64,000 nt of DNA from a virus. The DNA lies in IMG/VR virus record IMGVR_UViG_3300032242_002636, positions 32,001 through 96,000 of that record. One strand, 5' to 3'. This document shows, piece by piece, positions 1 through 10,192 of the stretch (position 1 is its first letter; the number at the start of each line of letters is the position of its first letter). A program made the position numbers and the translations under genes. Below the pieces are notes generated by a model. It did not search any database, had not been told where the DNA came from, and saw nothing but the letters and a program-made list of their open reading frames with translations.

Positions 1-2
1 TA

Positions 3-1301
3 GATTATTCTAAACCATCAGGATTTCTCGATAATCTATTGAAACTTGGAAGTATTTTATCTGCTGCTGCTCTTGGATTAGGAATTCTTGCAGAACCATT
101 AGCTAAAATGGTTGATAGTATGTTTGGAACTAAACTTGAAACTATAGTAGAAAGAATAAAAAGCAATACTGGATTAGATCAAAGAAGATTTCTAGATATC
201 GCAAAGTGGGCTTACTTAGGAATTAGAGGAGCAAAGAACGTAAAAAGAACAACAGGATCTTTAATGACTTCAGGAGGAAGAGAAGCTCTTCGTGAGGCAG
301 GTGCTAAATCATTATCTAAAACAACTCCTAGATGGAAAGCTATAGGAAGAATGGTTACAGGAAAAGCAAAAGAAGAAGCTGTTATTGCTGAAGAATCTGC
401 TGCTGCTGCTACAAGAGCTAGTAGTGCTGTAAAGGCTACTGGTGCTGTAGGAGAAACGGCAGTAAAAGCTAGTAAAACAGCTGGATTATTAAGTAAAATA
501 ACTAGTCCTGCTACTACATCTTTACTTCGTGGAATTACAGGAGGATTTTTAAGAAAGATACCTATTTTAGGTGGTCTTATAGATTTAGGAATAGCAATGG
601 ATTCTTTTAGTAAGGGAGATACAACAGGTGGTATTATAAGTGTTTTATCAGCTGCTACAAATCTTTTATATCTATTAGGTCCAGAAATGGCAGTAGTTGC
701 TATTCCAATTCAAATGGGATTATCTGCTCTTGATTGGTTCTTAACAAGTCAAGCAGGAGGAGACATTAAACAAAAACAAAATGTAATTCCTAATATGATT
801 AGTGGTTTTTTTGGAGGATCTAAAAAACCTAAAACAGAAAAACCTGATATGAAACCAAAGGCAAAGGAAATTTCTGTGACATCAGAAGAAAATAAACAAA
901 TAGCTTCTCAAATATCTTCACAAGAAACTGAAGAAGTTATTGAAATGGGACCAGAAGGATCTAGAGTTATCACCAGACCTAAACTAATAAATCCAGAGAA
1001 TGAAAAAAATTATAGGATTTTAAAACCAATATCAGAACCTACTTCTCCTACTGTAAGGGATATAGCTTCTGTTCCACAACCTACTTTCTCTAGTACAGTT
1101 TCTTTAGATAATCAATCATTAGAAAAATTATCTTCTATGCTATCTAAAATGACTCCATCACCTGTAACTTCTGTAAATATTGGAGGTGGTGGAGGTGGAT
1201 CACAAGTAGCATTAAGTAGTGAAAGAGATGGTATCTATGAAGGAAGAAGAAGAAGAAAACCTCTTCATATCTGGGATACAACTAATCCTTCTACCTATTA
1301 A
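3..1301 (+). CDS. Tape-measure / baseplate-hub-like protein (5' partial)
   Basis: Frame is open from the window edge. Ala/Gly-rich helical segments (KIPILGGLIDLGIAMDSFSKGDTTGG) are typical of tape-measure/gp29-like proteins. It lies upstream of baseplate genes. Confidence 0.5.
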   Translation, partial: DYSKPSGFLDNLLKLGSILSAAALGLGILAEPLAKMVDSMFGTKLETIVERIKSNTGLDQRRFLDIAKWAYLGIRGAKNVKRTTGSLMTSGGREALREAGAKSLSKTTPRWKAIGRMVTGKAKEEAVIAEESAAAATRASSAVKATGAVGETAVKASKTAGLLSKITSPATTSLLRGITGGFLRKIPILGGLIDLGIAMDSFSKGDTTGGIISVLSAATNLLYLLGPEMAVVAIPIQMGLSALDWFLTSQAGGDIKQKQNVIPNMISGFFGGSKKPKTEKPDMKPKAKEISVTSEENKQIASQISSQETEEVIEMGPEGSRVITRPKLINPENEKNYRILKPISEPTSPTVRDIASVPQPTFSSTVSLDNQSLEKLSSMLSKMTPSPVTSVNIGGGGGGSQVALSSERDGIYEGRRRRKPLHIWDTTNPSTY

Positions 1302-1304
1302 TAT

Positions 1305-2318
1305 ATGAACGGAAAAACTACATCACTTTATAAAATAGAACCTAAAACAGAAACTGCTCTTTTTGGTATTAATTTTGATTATCCAAAAATAACACCAGCA
1401 GGTGATTCTGGATTCGGTGGTAATATTGATATTTTAAATAAATTTAGATGGAAAACTAATGATGGTTTAACTGATGAAGTTCCTTATGTAATATTAATGG
1501 AATATGAACTTCCTTATGGAATGTGGACTTCTAGATTAACTAATATACTTGATTCTGTAAAATCTGCTTTATATTCAGGGGATTCTGATCCTTATATAAA
1601 ATTATATACAGGAACAGCTACAGGATTCTCATATGTTCTGCCATATCTATTAAAAAATGGAGATAGTGTAAGAGGAAGTGGTGTAAAAAATGCATGGAAG
1701 GAAGTTGATATAACACAATCAGTAGGAAAAGTTCCTTTAGTAGGTAGAGATTTAGCTGGTATAGGTAAGAGTATTTCAGATACTTTGCAAGTAGTGGGAG
1801 AAACCTTTTCACCCGGCTATGGTACTGAAAAAATAATGAATTATTCCAGTACTGAAAGAAAATCTATAACAATAACATTTCCTTTGTACAATACCGTTGA
1901 TGAAGGAGAAGCTATTAATAATTTTGATTTTGTAAATCTTTTTGCTTTGCAAAATTTAAAAACAAGAACTAGTTGGCTTACCTTTGTTCCTCCTAAATTA
2001 TATGTAGTAGAAGGAGTGGGTCTTGGTGGAATATATATGCCAGCATGTTATGTTTCTAATTATGATTTCAAAGCAATAGGAACAACAAGATATGTAAAAG
2101 CATATGGTAATAGTGGAAAAGATTATTTAATTCCAGAAGCGTATAAAGTATCTATAACACTAACAGAACTTGTTCCTGAAAGTAGTAACATAATGTGGGG
2201 AGCATTAGGAGGTCCAAAGGTTCAAATAATAAATAGTCCTGCTTCTGTAGAACAAACAAGAGCTACTATAAGTGTGAGAGAAAATAATATCATACAGCCG
2301 GGTAATTTAGTTGCTTAA
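1305..2318 (+). CDS. Baseplate tail-tube initiator/cap-like protein (gp48/gp54-like)
   Basis: Tube-fold-like motifs (RKSITITFPLYNT, PPKLYVV, PEAYKVSITLTEL). Located between the TMP-like and gp53-like genes. Confidence 0.5.
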   Translation: MNGKTTSLYKIEPKTETALFGINFDYPKITPAGDSGFGGNIDILNKFRWKTNDGLTDEVPYVILMEYELPYGMWTSRLTNILDSVKSALYSGDSDPYIKLYTGTATGFSYVLPYLLKNGDSVRGSGVKNAWKEVDITQSVGKVPLVGRDLAGIGKSISDTLQVVGETFSPGYGTEKIMNYSSTERKSITITFPLYNTVDEGEAINNFDFVNLFALQNLKTRTSWLTFVPPKLYVVEGVGLGGIYMPACYVSNYDFKAIGTTRYVKAYGNSGKDYLIPEAYKVSITLTELVPESSNIMWGALGGPKVQIINSPASVEQTRATISVRENNIIQPGNLVA

Positions 2319-2322
2319 TATT

Positions 2323-2679
2323 ATGAAACAAAGTGAATATCCAGATCTACCAGTAATTTCTTCATATAGATATGAAAATTTTTTTAATGTCTATACAGAT
2401 GGAAATGATTTCAAATTTTACAATTTGTTAAGATCTATTAACCTTTTTCCTGCTAATAATTCAGAAGTAGAAGATGTTTATAATACCACATTTAATGATA
2501 CATGGCATTTAATATCATACAAGTATTATAATACTATAGATCTTTGGTGGTTAGTATGTGCATATAATGAAATACAAAATCCTGTAAAAATGCCTGAACC
2601 CGGTACTCAGATAAAACTATTAAAATCTAACTATGTTTCAGATATCATTTCTGAGTTAAACAAGCAGATTAAGCAATAG
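2323..2679 (+). CDS. Baseplate wedge protein gp53-like (LysM-like)
   Basis: DTWHLISYKYYNTIDLWWLVCAYNEIQNP...GTQIKL matches the gp53/LysM pattern. ATG at 2323 is preferred over the TTG at 2311. Confidence 0.75.
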   Translation: MKQSEYPDLPVISSYRYENFFNVYTDGNDFKFYNLLRSINLFPANNSEVEDVYNTTFNDTWHLISYKYYNTIDLWWLVCAYNEIQNPVKMPEPGTQIKLLKSNYVSDIISELNKQIKQ

Positions 2680-2696
2680 ATAAAATTTGGTACATT

Positions 2697-2704
2697 CATA
2701 AGTA
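2697..2704 (+). promoter_or_regulatory. T4-type late promoter variant (CATAAGTA) for terminase
   Basis: TAARTA element 11 nt upstream of the ATG. The same element recurs before other late genes. Confidence 0.5.
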
Positions 2705-2715
2705 CCTATTAAACA

Positions 2716-5625
2716 ATGGCAAAGAAGAAAGAACAGGAAAGTAATTCTTTAGATGAGTTAACTATGGATGATATTTTGGTAGATGGAAAATTCTATCAAG
2801 GCAATGAGAATATCCTTCGTAAGGATGCTACATTTAAATGGACAGAAGAGATGTTGGCAGAGCTTAAACTCTGTGCCAAGAGTATTCTTCATTTTGCAGA
2901 AAACCATTTCTATATTATTACCGAAGACGGTAAAAGAAAGATTGAATTATACAAATATCAAAAAAGACTTTTAAAGGCTTTTAAATCTAATAGATTCAAT
3001 GTAATCCTATCTAGCCGTCAAAGTGGTAAGGCATTGGCTTTGAATACGCCCATACCAACACCTAATGGTTATGTTATGATGGGTGATCTTAAAGACGGAG
3101 ATCAAATATTTGGATCAGATGGTAATATATATAACATAAAAAAAGCACACGAAATTCTTAATCATAGAGAATGTTATAAACTAACATTTGATAACGGGGA
3201 ATCTATAGTTGCAGATGCTGAACACCTTTGGTTTACGCAGACAAAAAAAGATAGAAAAAGAAAATATAATAGAGAAGGTAGCGTAAAAACTACCAAAGAA
3301 ATTTTTAATAGTTTATTTTATACTTCCAATAACGAGCCTAATCATAGAATACCTATGTGTTTGAATGGTATAGAGTTTGAAGAAAAAAATCTACCAATAT
3401 CTCCATATATTCTTGGACTTTGGTTAGGGGACGGTGCAACTGATGGCTCAAGAATAACTGTTGGTAAAAGAGATATAAAATATATTATTGATATTTTAGA
3501 AAAAAATCAAGAATTCAAAATTATAAAAGTTCAAGAAGATAAAAATAGTGTTTTTGCTATAAATTTAACAAATGAAGAGAGAAAAAAAGATTCTTTACAC
3601 ACAAAATTAAGATTAAATGCTTTATTGGGAAATAAACACATCCCAGAATTATATCTATTATCTTCTAGAGAGCAAAGATTAGAATTATTAAAAGGATTGA
3701 TGGATTCTGATGGTTATATAACACCTAAAGGTCATGCATATTTTTATAATACCAATTTAAAATTGGTCAAACAAGTTCAATCTCTTATAACTAGTTTAGG
3801 ATATAAAGCCTTTTATAAAGAGAAAATAGCAAAAATAAATGGAGTGGAGTGTGGTCTTGTTGGAAGTGTTTACTTTAAACCAAGAGAATTTGTTGTTAAA
3901 TTACCATTTAAAGTAGATAGATTAAAAGATAATTTAAGCATTGTATCAGAATCAAATAGAAACCAATATCATTATATTAAAAATATAGAAAAAACAGAAA
4001 GTGTTCCTGTTAGGTGTATAACCGTTGATAGTCCAAATTCTCTATATCTTTGTGGTAGAAACTTCATACCAACTCATAATACAACTACAATTACCATTTA
4101 CGCTCTTTGGTTGGTGTGTTTCCAATCAGACAAGAGAATTACTATTGTAGCTAACAAGGAATCAACTGCAAAGGAAATCTTTGCTAGAATCAAGATGGCA
4201 TATGAACAGCTTCCGATTTACATGAAGCCAAATATTAAGTCTTGGAGAAAAGATGGCTTTGTTCTTGGTAATGATTCTGCAATTACTATTAGTACAACAT
4301 CATCATCTGGTCCTCGTGGTACTACCAGTAATCTTCTCATCATTGATGAGATGGCTCATTGTCCTGATGATCTCATGAGAGAACTTTGGAAATCTGCTAT
4401 TCCTATTATTTCTTCGATGAAGAAATCACAGGTTGTAGTCATTAGTACTCCTAATGGTAAGAATAATAAATTTTATGATCTTTATGAGGATAGTAAGAAG
4501 GAAGGAAGTGAGTGGAATCTAGAAGTTGTTAACTATTGGGATGTACCGGGTCGTGATGAGGAGTGGGTAAAAAAGACAATGGCAATGATGGGATCAAAAG
4601 ATGATTTTGATCAGGAATATTGTAATGTTTTCCATGATCCTAATAAAAGTGTGATTGATGAAGAGTATCTTACTAAATTAAAAGGTGAATGCCCAGAACC
4701 AGTTTTAGTATTGGAAGATGGTGCTTACAAGATATTTGAGCTTCCAAATCCAGATAGTTTTTATGTTATAGGTGTTGACGTTGGTGAAGGTATAGGAAGA
4801 ACAAATACTGTTGCTCAAATTTTAGATGTTTCTAATCTACAAAATATTAAACAAGTAGCTATATTTGCTTCTAATAATATAAATCCATTTCATTTTGGAA
4901 CACGACTAATGGGTGTTCTTCAGGATTGGGGAAGACCTCCTATCTTGGTTGAAAATAATAACAACGGACAGCAAATTTTGGACGTTCTTTGCCAGACTCA
5001 TAACTATGAGAATGTAGTATCATATCACTTTGAAGGTTTTAGTAAGCACTATAATAATACTCATAGATACGGTATACATAATCATACTAATACTAGATAT
5101 AAAGGTATAACAAACTTTAGATATTGGGTCAATAGTTTAAAAGCTGTTAAGCTCAATGACATGGATACTATCTTAGAGATAAACAGTTTTGTTCGTCTTC
5201 CAAATTATACATATACAAAGAAAAATGAAAAGGATCTTGATGATCGTGTATTTGGTCTTATATGGGCATTATTCATTCTTGATCCTTCCTTGGTAGCTAG
5301 ATACTTTACAATACAAGAATTAGACGATCAAGGTCGCCCAATGAAAATTTTTCCTCTTAGTGATAATAAGGATCTTATAAAGAATAGTCCATTACTAATA
5401 GGAGGTGGTGCTAGTATAGTAAAGAAACCTTCGGTTAATACTCCTTATTCTCATGTAGGTGGAATGGATATGGCTACTGGATTTGACCTTTTCTCTGATG
5501 ACAGAGCAAATTTACTAAGATGGATGTTAGAAACAGAGGAAGCTGATAGGATGTTACCTCCACAAATTGATGATAATTCGGATAAGTCTTCTATGGACAC
5601 TTATCATCCAACTATAATATTTTAA
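2716..5625 (+). CDS. terL: Terminase large subunit (gp17) containing an intein
   Basis: Walker A SRQSGK|TT interrupted by an intein, Walker B LLIIDEMAH, motif III ISTPNG, RNase H-like nuclease motif IGVDVGEG. Confidence 0.95.
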   Translation: MAKKKEQESNSLDELTMDDILVDGKFYQGNENILRKDATFKWTEEMLAELKLCAKSILHFAENHFYIITEDGKRKIELYKYQKRLLKAFKSNRFNVILSSRQSGKALALNTPIPTPNGYVMMGDLKDGDQIFGSDGNIYNIKKAHEILNHRECYKLTFDNGESIVADAEHLWFTQTKKDRKRKYNREGSVKTTKEIFNSLFYTSNNEPNHRIPMCLNGIEFEEKNLPISPYILGLWLGDGATDGSRITVGKRDIKYIIDILEKNQEFKIIKVQEDKNSVFAINLTNEERKKDSLHTKLRLNALLGNKHIPELYLLSSREQRLELLKGLMDSDGYITPKGHAYFYNTNLKLVKQVQSLITSLGYKAFYKEKIAKINGVECGLVGSVYFKPREFVVKLPFKVDRLKDNLSIVSESNRNQYHYIKNIEKTESVPVRCITVDSPNSLYLCGRNFIPTHNTTTITIYALWLVCFQSDKRITIVANKESTAKEIFARIKMAYEQLPIYMKPNIKSWRKDGFVLGNDSAITISTTSSSGPRGTTSNLLIIDEMAHCPDDLMRELWKSAIPIISSMKKSQVVVISTPNGKNNKFYDLYEDSKKEGSEWNLEVVNYWDVPGRDEEWVKKTMAMMGSKDDFDQEYCNVFHDPNKSVIDEEYLTKLKGECPEPVLVLEDGAYKIFELPNPDSFYVIGVDVGEGIGRTNTVAQILDVSNLQNIKQVAIFASNNINPFHFGTRLMGVLQDWGRPPILVENNNNGQQILDVLCQTHNYENVVSYHFEGFSKHYNNTHRYGIHNHTNTRYKGITNFRYWVNSLKAVKLNDMDTILEINSFVRLPNYTYTKKNEKDLDDRVFGLIWALFILDPSLVARYFTIQELDDQGRPMKIFPLSDNKDLIKNSPLLIGGGASIVKKPSVNTPYSHVGGMDMATGFDLFSDDRANLLRWMLETEEADRMLPPQIDDNSDKSSMDTYHPTIIF
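3031..4080 (+). mobile_element. Intein (350 aa) with LAGLIDADG homing endonuclease, Ala1 / class 3 type
   Basis: Starts ALALNTPIPTPNG. Block B ADAEHLW, LAGLIDADG blocks LGLWLGDG and LKGLMDSDG, block F VRCITVDS, ends IPTHN followed by Thr+1. Confidence 0.93.
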
Positions 5626-5627
5626 CT

Positions 5628-6227
5628 ATGAATCAAGCCGTTTTAAATAGATCTAGAAGCGATAAATTTGCATTTGTTTTAGAGTTGCCTAAAGCACTAA
5701 AACAACAACAAGATGTCGTTTTACAGAAGGAATATAATGCAGATAGTGTACAATTTACTACCTATGGATCACCAGTTCCTACAATTAATATACCTGAAAT
5801 AAAGGTTCCTTTTGGAGGACAGGTTTATAATACTTCTAGTATTTCTCGTCCAGCATATCCACCAATATCACTTAAATTTTTAGTAGATAATGGTTATCAA
5901 AACTATTGGATTTTATGGAAATGGTTGAATCTTTTTAATGATAATAAAGAAGGAACAACCAATTTAAATTCTCCTTTAAATTCAAGAAAAGATGATATTA
6001 TTTTAACTAATCCTATTACTGAATATGCTGCTAATTTTAGCTTATTTGGTTTAGATGAATTTAATAATCGAATTATATCATTCAATTATACACAGGCATT
6101 TATAACAGGATTAAGTCCAATTGAATTTTCATTCCAAAATCCTGCTGAAATCACTTGTACTGCTACATTCGTATTCAATCAATTGCAAATAAATCTTATT
6201 AAAGATATTAATGTATCTTCTTGTTAA
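5628..6227 (+). CDS. Tail tube terminator / completion protein gp3-like (tube fold)
   Basis: PVPTINIPEIKVPFGG...YPPISLKFLVDNGYQNYWILWKW resembles the T4 gp3/gp19 fold. Confidence 0.65.
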   Translation: MNQAVLNRSRSDKFAFVLELPKALKQQQDVVLQKEYNADSVQFTTYGSPVPTINIPEIKVPFGGQVYNTSSISRPAYPPISLKFLVDNGYQNYWILWKWLNLFNDNKEGTTNLNSPLNSRKDDIILTNPITEYAANFSLFGLDEFNNRIISFNYTQAFITGLSPIEFSFQNPAEITCTATFVFNQLQINLIKDINVSSC

Positions 6228-6229
6228 TT

Positions 6230-7951
6230 ATGGCTGAGTTTAATGTTCCATATAAACCAGTTTTTCAGAATCCTATTAGCCCTAATAAAGGACAATCGGA
6301 TACTCCTAGTAATGATTCTACTGCTGGAACAAATATTGATCAAAGATTTATACACCAAATCAGAGATCAGCTTTTCCATATAGAAATATGGATGTATAAT
6401 CAGTTAGATAAATTCGATCCATTTCCTATACCTTTTTTCTTTGTTGAGGGATTATGTATAGAAGAAACATTAATGAATTGGATAACAAAAGGTTGGTTAG
6501 TGTTATCTAATGACTATGAAATTATAGAAAGAGGTTCTTTATCATTTAAAAATGATAAAACTTTTATAGAACAAATAAAAGCACCTTTCATGTTTAGATC
6601 CGATGGTAGAAATAAAATATCAATAAAGATAAAACCAATCAATACATCTAATAATAGTATAAATGATGACTTACCTAAAGAACAGTGGGAAATGCAATAC
6701 GATTTTGTTATCTATGATATAGAAGATCTTCCTACTGAGACAGCTGCTAGAAAACTTAGAAAATTTTATTTTTGGGAAGAAAGATATCAAATATTCTTAG
6801 AAAGAAATATTGAATGGTCTACTGCAAAATATGCAAAAGGATCTTATGATATTGAAAGAACACTTCCTGTAGGAGGTTTACAAGAAACTAGTAATAAAGG
6901 AGAAAATGTACACGGAGCTATTGAATCTATTATAAGAGCAGCTGCTTCTCATACATCAGATCCATTTTTTCCTGATATAAAAATAGGAAGTAAAGAAGGA
7001 CCAAAGGGAATAGACAATCCTTATTTCCCTTTAGATAACTTTGATAAAGAAAATTGGGATGCAGGTTCTCCTGATAGTAGAGTATTTTATACTTCTCCTG
7101 CTAATAGTTGTGTATTAAAAGATTTGAGTTATGTAATGGGTTCATTAAAGGCTTCTGATGGAAGTCCTTTGTTCTTAACACTAGATAGATATTATAGAGA
7201 TGATGGTAAGAAATGGCAATTAATTTCTATGAGTAAATTTTTCATTGATGCAAAAAAGAATCAAGTAGAAAGATTACTAATAGAAGACAATCAAGATCCT
7301 GTAGGTGCTCCTCCATATCATGCCAGAGCACCACAGGAAGAAGAAAGCACTATTAGAAATTTCCAATCAGGAATAGCTTCTAGAATATTAACATATAATT
7401 TTGCACCTATGGCTTCTACGGATGATTTAATCTTTACCAATTGTCCTGTACATACTTTTGATTTTTCTAATTCAACTTTTAATATTGGGTTTGAAGGAAA
7501 TACAGTAAAAGATCTTTTAAAGAATATGAAAGAAATGGCAGATAAGGGACTTTATTCTTATAAAAATGAAAAACAATTGTTAATGAATGTTAATAAGACC
7601 AAGTATACAGGACTCATGACTTCTAATAACATGGTTACAAGGAGATTTTTTCCTAGTGATATTTCATATGTTTCTATGGCAAAAGAATTTTTATTTTTAA
7701 ATCAAGCAGTTAATTTTACTGCTTATGGATTAACATTAAGAACTCCGGGCAAGTTTATTTTTATAGATCGTGCAGTTTCTACATTAGAAAGAAATCCTTT
7801 TGATGATAGATTTTTAGGACAATGGATGATGATAAAAGTAGTTCATTTATTCACAAAGGAAAAATATATGAATGATGTATTAGCAACTAAGATAGATTCA
7901 TATAATAGATGGTTTGCTGAAGTAGATAAAGACGATCCTAAATATTATTAA
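6230..7951 (+). CDS. Baseplate hub protein (gp27-like)
   Basis: C-terminal GLTLRTPGKFIFIDR...LGQWMMIKVVHLF is typical of hub/gpD-like proteins. Structural gene context. Confidence 0.55.
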   Translation: MAEFNVPYKPVFQNPISPNKGQSDTPSNDSTAGTNIDQRFIHQIRDQLFHIEIWMYNQLDKFDPFPIPFFFVEGLCIEETLMNWITKGWLVLSNDYEIIERGSLSFKNDKTFIEQIKAPFMFRSDGRNKISIKIKPINTSNNSINDDLPKEQWEMQYDFVIYDIEDLPTETAARKLRKFYFWEERYQIFLERNIEWSTAKYAKGSYDIERTLPVGGLQETSNKGENVHGAIESIIRAAASHTSDPFFPDIKIGSKEGPKGIDNPYFPLDNFDKENWDAGSPDSRVFYTSPANSCVLKDLSYVMGSLKASDGSPLFLTLDRYYRDDGKKWQLISMSKFFIDAKKNQVERLLIEDNQDPVGAPPYHARAPQEEESTIRNFQSGIASRILTYNFAPMASTDDLIFTNCPVHTFDFSNSTFNIGFEGNTVKDLLKNMKEMADKGLYSYKNEKQLLMNVNKTKYTGLMTSNNMVTRRFFPSDISYVSMAKEFLFLNQAVNFTAYGLTLRTPGKFIFIDRAVSTLERNPFDDRFLGQWMMIKVVHLFTKEKYMNDVLATKIDSYNRWFAEVDKDDPKYY

Positions 7952-7952
7952 T

Positions 7953-8264
7953 ATGAATAGAGATTCACTAAGACAAAGTTTACAGAATAATAGAATTCAA
8001 AGATTAGAGTCTTCCAATAAGCCAAATATGCCATCTATATCTACGATGGCATCTAATGCCGCACAAGCAGTTGTTAGAAATGTACAAAGTGTTGCTGCTG
8101 GAAATGATCTAAGACTATCCTCTGATGAGGCAAATGCTCGTCTTTCTGTCTGTAAAGGATGTGAATTTTTTGATAAAAATCAAGAGAGGTGTGGTAAATG
8201 CGGTTGTTTCATGGCACTTAAAACATATCTCAAGGCTGAGAGATGCCCTGTAGGTAAGTGGTAA
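7953..8264 (+). CDS. Small Cys-rich protein (DUF6171-like)
   Basis: RLSVCKGCEFF...CGKCGCFMALKT...CPVGKW pattern. Confidence 0.55.
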   Translation: MNRDSLRQSLQNNRIQRLESSNKPNMPSISTMASNAAQAVVRNVQSVAAGNDLRLSSDEANARLSVCKGCEFFDKNQERCGKCGCFMALKTYLKAERCPVGKW

Positions 8265-8844
8265 CAACCTTTTCTACCTTATCATTGATATAGACACAAT
8301 AATCTGTCATATCTTTAAAATTAGGAATTTCAAAGACAAAATCTGCTTCTTCCTTTAGTAGAATATTGTTTTTTTCTTCGAATTCATTGGCTGGTTTTAT
8401 TCCATTTCGCTCCAAGAATATAAGAATTCCTTTCTTTTCATTTTTTAACCAGTATAATTCATCCTTTTCAAACTCTGCATACCTAATATCTGGAATAATA
8501 GGAACAAAATTCTTTGCAAATTGTTTATTTTTGTTCAATGTTTCAATAAAATAGCGTCCTTCGGTCTGATTCCTCATATAACGTCCATATTCGACCATTA
8601 AAGGGCGTAGAAGCGTCTTTTGTAGGTATTCTGTTGGATCTACCTCAACATCCAATTTCTTTAAAATAAGCTCTTTTAAGTCCTTTCTAATGACATCACC
8701 TGCTATAGAACACCTCTTAGCCTTTATTTTATTCTGACTTTTAAGCTCAAAATACATACTTAAACAAGAACAAAAGGTATCTTTACCTACTAAAGCGGCT
8801 CCAGATATCCCAATTGGTGGATAGTAAATTGGTGTTTTAGGCAT
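8230..8844 (-). CDS. Deoxynucleoside monophosphate kinase (gp1-like)
   Basis: P-loop GISGAALVGKDT, R.L...YG..MR and IIPDIRY motifs. Confidence 0.75.
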   Translation of the reverse strand: MPKTPIYYPPIGISGAALVGKDTFCSCLSMYFELKSQNKIKAKRCSIAGDVIRKDLKELILKKLDVEVDPTEYLQKTLLRPLMVEYGRYMRNQTEGRYFIETLNKNKQFAKNFVPIIPDIRYAEFEKDELYWLKNEKKGILIFLERNGIKPANEFEEKNNILLKEEADFVFEIPNFKDMTDYCVYINDKVEKVVTTYLQGISQP

Positions 8845-8865
8845 AAGTTATTATAGTAACATATT

Positions 8866-10188
8866 ATGGCAACAAATCAAACAAATTCTGGTGAGTTAAA
8901 AAAACTTGAATTGGCTTGTGGTATAACATTGGATACTACACCTAATTTAAAAGATTTTTATTGCATGGGTGATAGAAATCATTATGCGGCTAATTTAGAT
9001 ATGTTGGTTAATGGTTTTAATTCTATAGGACATCAATGGATTGTAGAAGCAGGAGATCCTTATATAATAACACCGGGTGATACAGGAACATATGTTAACT
9101 TTGTTAAATGGCTTAATGCTAATAAAATTTTAGAAGCATGTCAAAAACTTACACCAGCAGGACAAAGAGGTGAATTGGTTACTGGTGGATTATTAGGTAT
9201 AAATCTGATTTCTACTTCTATGATGACAAGGAATCCTATAACAGGACCAGGTCAAAATACTCACAATTTAACCGTAAATGCTTTAAACAGTATTGATCCA
9301 AATATGGTTACAAAAATAGAAAATGTTTGTAATATAATCCGTACAAGATCATATTTAAGTTTACCTGCTGCTGGATTTGGAAGTTTACAAAGCTTACTTT
9401 ATAAAGCACAAGGAGCAGTTCAAGGGCTTGCTCAATATCTATATAATATATATCATGGAGTTCTTGCAATGATGCAAAAATTTGCAAGAATGATTAATGG
9501 TATTATTCAATCATTAAATCAAATTATTTATGATTATATAAATCAACATATATTACCTTTAGATTTGATATGTGCTATATTAGGTGCTTTTCAATCATTA
9601 GTAGATGATGTTGCATTTTTTGCTCAATTATTTGATGGTGGAGATGCGGTATTTAATGCTATTAATGCTGTTCAAACTGGAATTAACTATGCTGTACAAG
9701 GGTTGAATTATATTGCTAATCCAATTTCTCTTGCTGGTTTAATTCCGGGTATAAATGATGTTTTCACAGCTTTAAATGAATTATCAAGTGATCCTGAAGC
9801 ATTCATGGGTCATTTGATTACTCATTTTAATCTTACTGCTGGTCAAAATAATAAAGCAATACAAATAGCAAATGCTATTTTATTACGTTATGGGTTAGAA
9901 GGACAGCTTGGTCCTTTAGGTCCGTTATTATTAAGTCAAGGTGTTGCAGGAAATAGTAGTGATTGGTATAAAACAGGAAATACTGGAACAGGAAATTTTG
10001 GAAATCTTGCTACTGGAAATGTTACTCCAAATCAAGGTTATTTTGATCCAGATAATCCATTAGAATTCTTAGATGTTAATTCTAATCAATATTTTAATGC
10101 TGCTAAAACTAATTTGGCAGATTTTACAGATAATGCTAAAGCAATACCCGGAGCATTTTCTACATTCATAGCAAATCCTTTAAAGTAA
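8866..10188 (+). CDS. Hypothetical protein, probably virion/baseplate associated
   Basis: Long ORF with amphipathic helical segments directly upstream of the gp5-like genes. Confidence 0.45.
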   Translation: MATNQTNSGELKKLELACGITLDTTPNLKDFYCMGDRNHYAANLDMLVNGFNSIGHQWIVEAGDPYIITPGDTGTYVNFVKWLNANKILEACQKLTPAGQRGELVTGGLLGINLISTSMMTRNPITGPGQNTHNLTVNALNSIDPNMVTKIENVCNIIRTRSYLSLPAAGFGSLQSLLYKAQGAVQGLAQYLYNIYHGVLAMMQKFARMINGIIQSLNQIIYDYINQHILPLDLICAILGAFQSLVDDVAFFAQLFDGGDAVFNAINAVQTGINYAVQGLNYIANPISLAGLIPGINDVFTALNELSSDPEAFMGHLITHFNLTAGQNNKAIQIANAILLRYGLEGQLGPLGPLLLSQGVAGNSSDWYKTGNTGTGNFGNLATGNVTPNQGYFDPDNPLEFLDVNSNQYFNAAKTNLADFTDNAKAIPGAFSTFIANPLK

Positions 10189-10192
10189 TATT

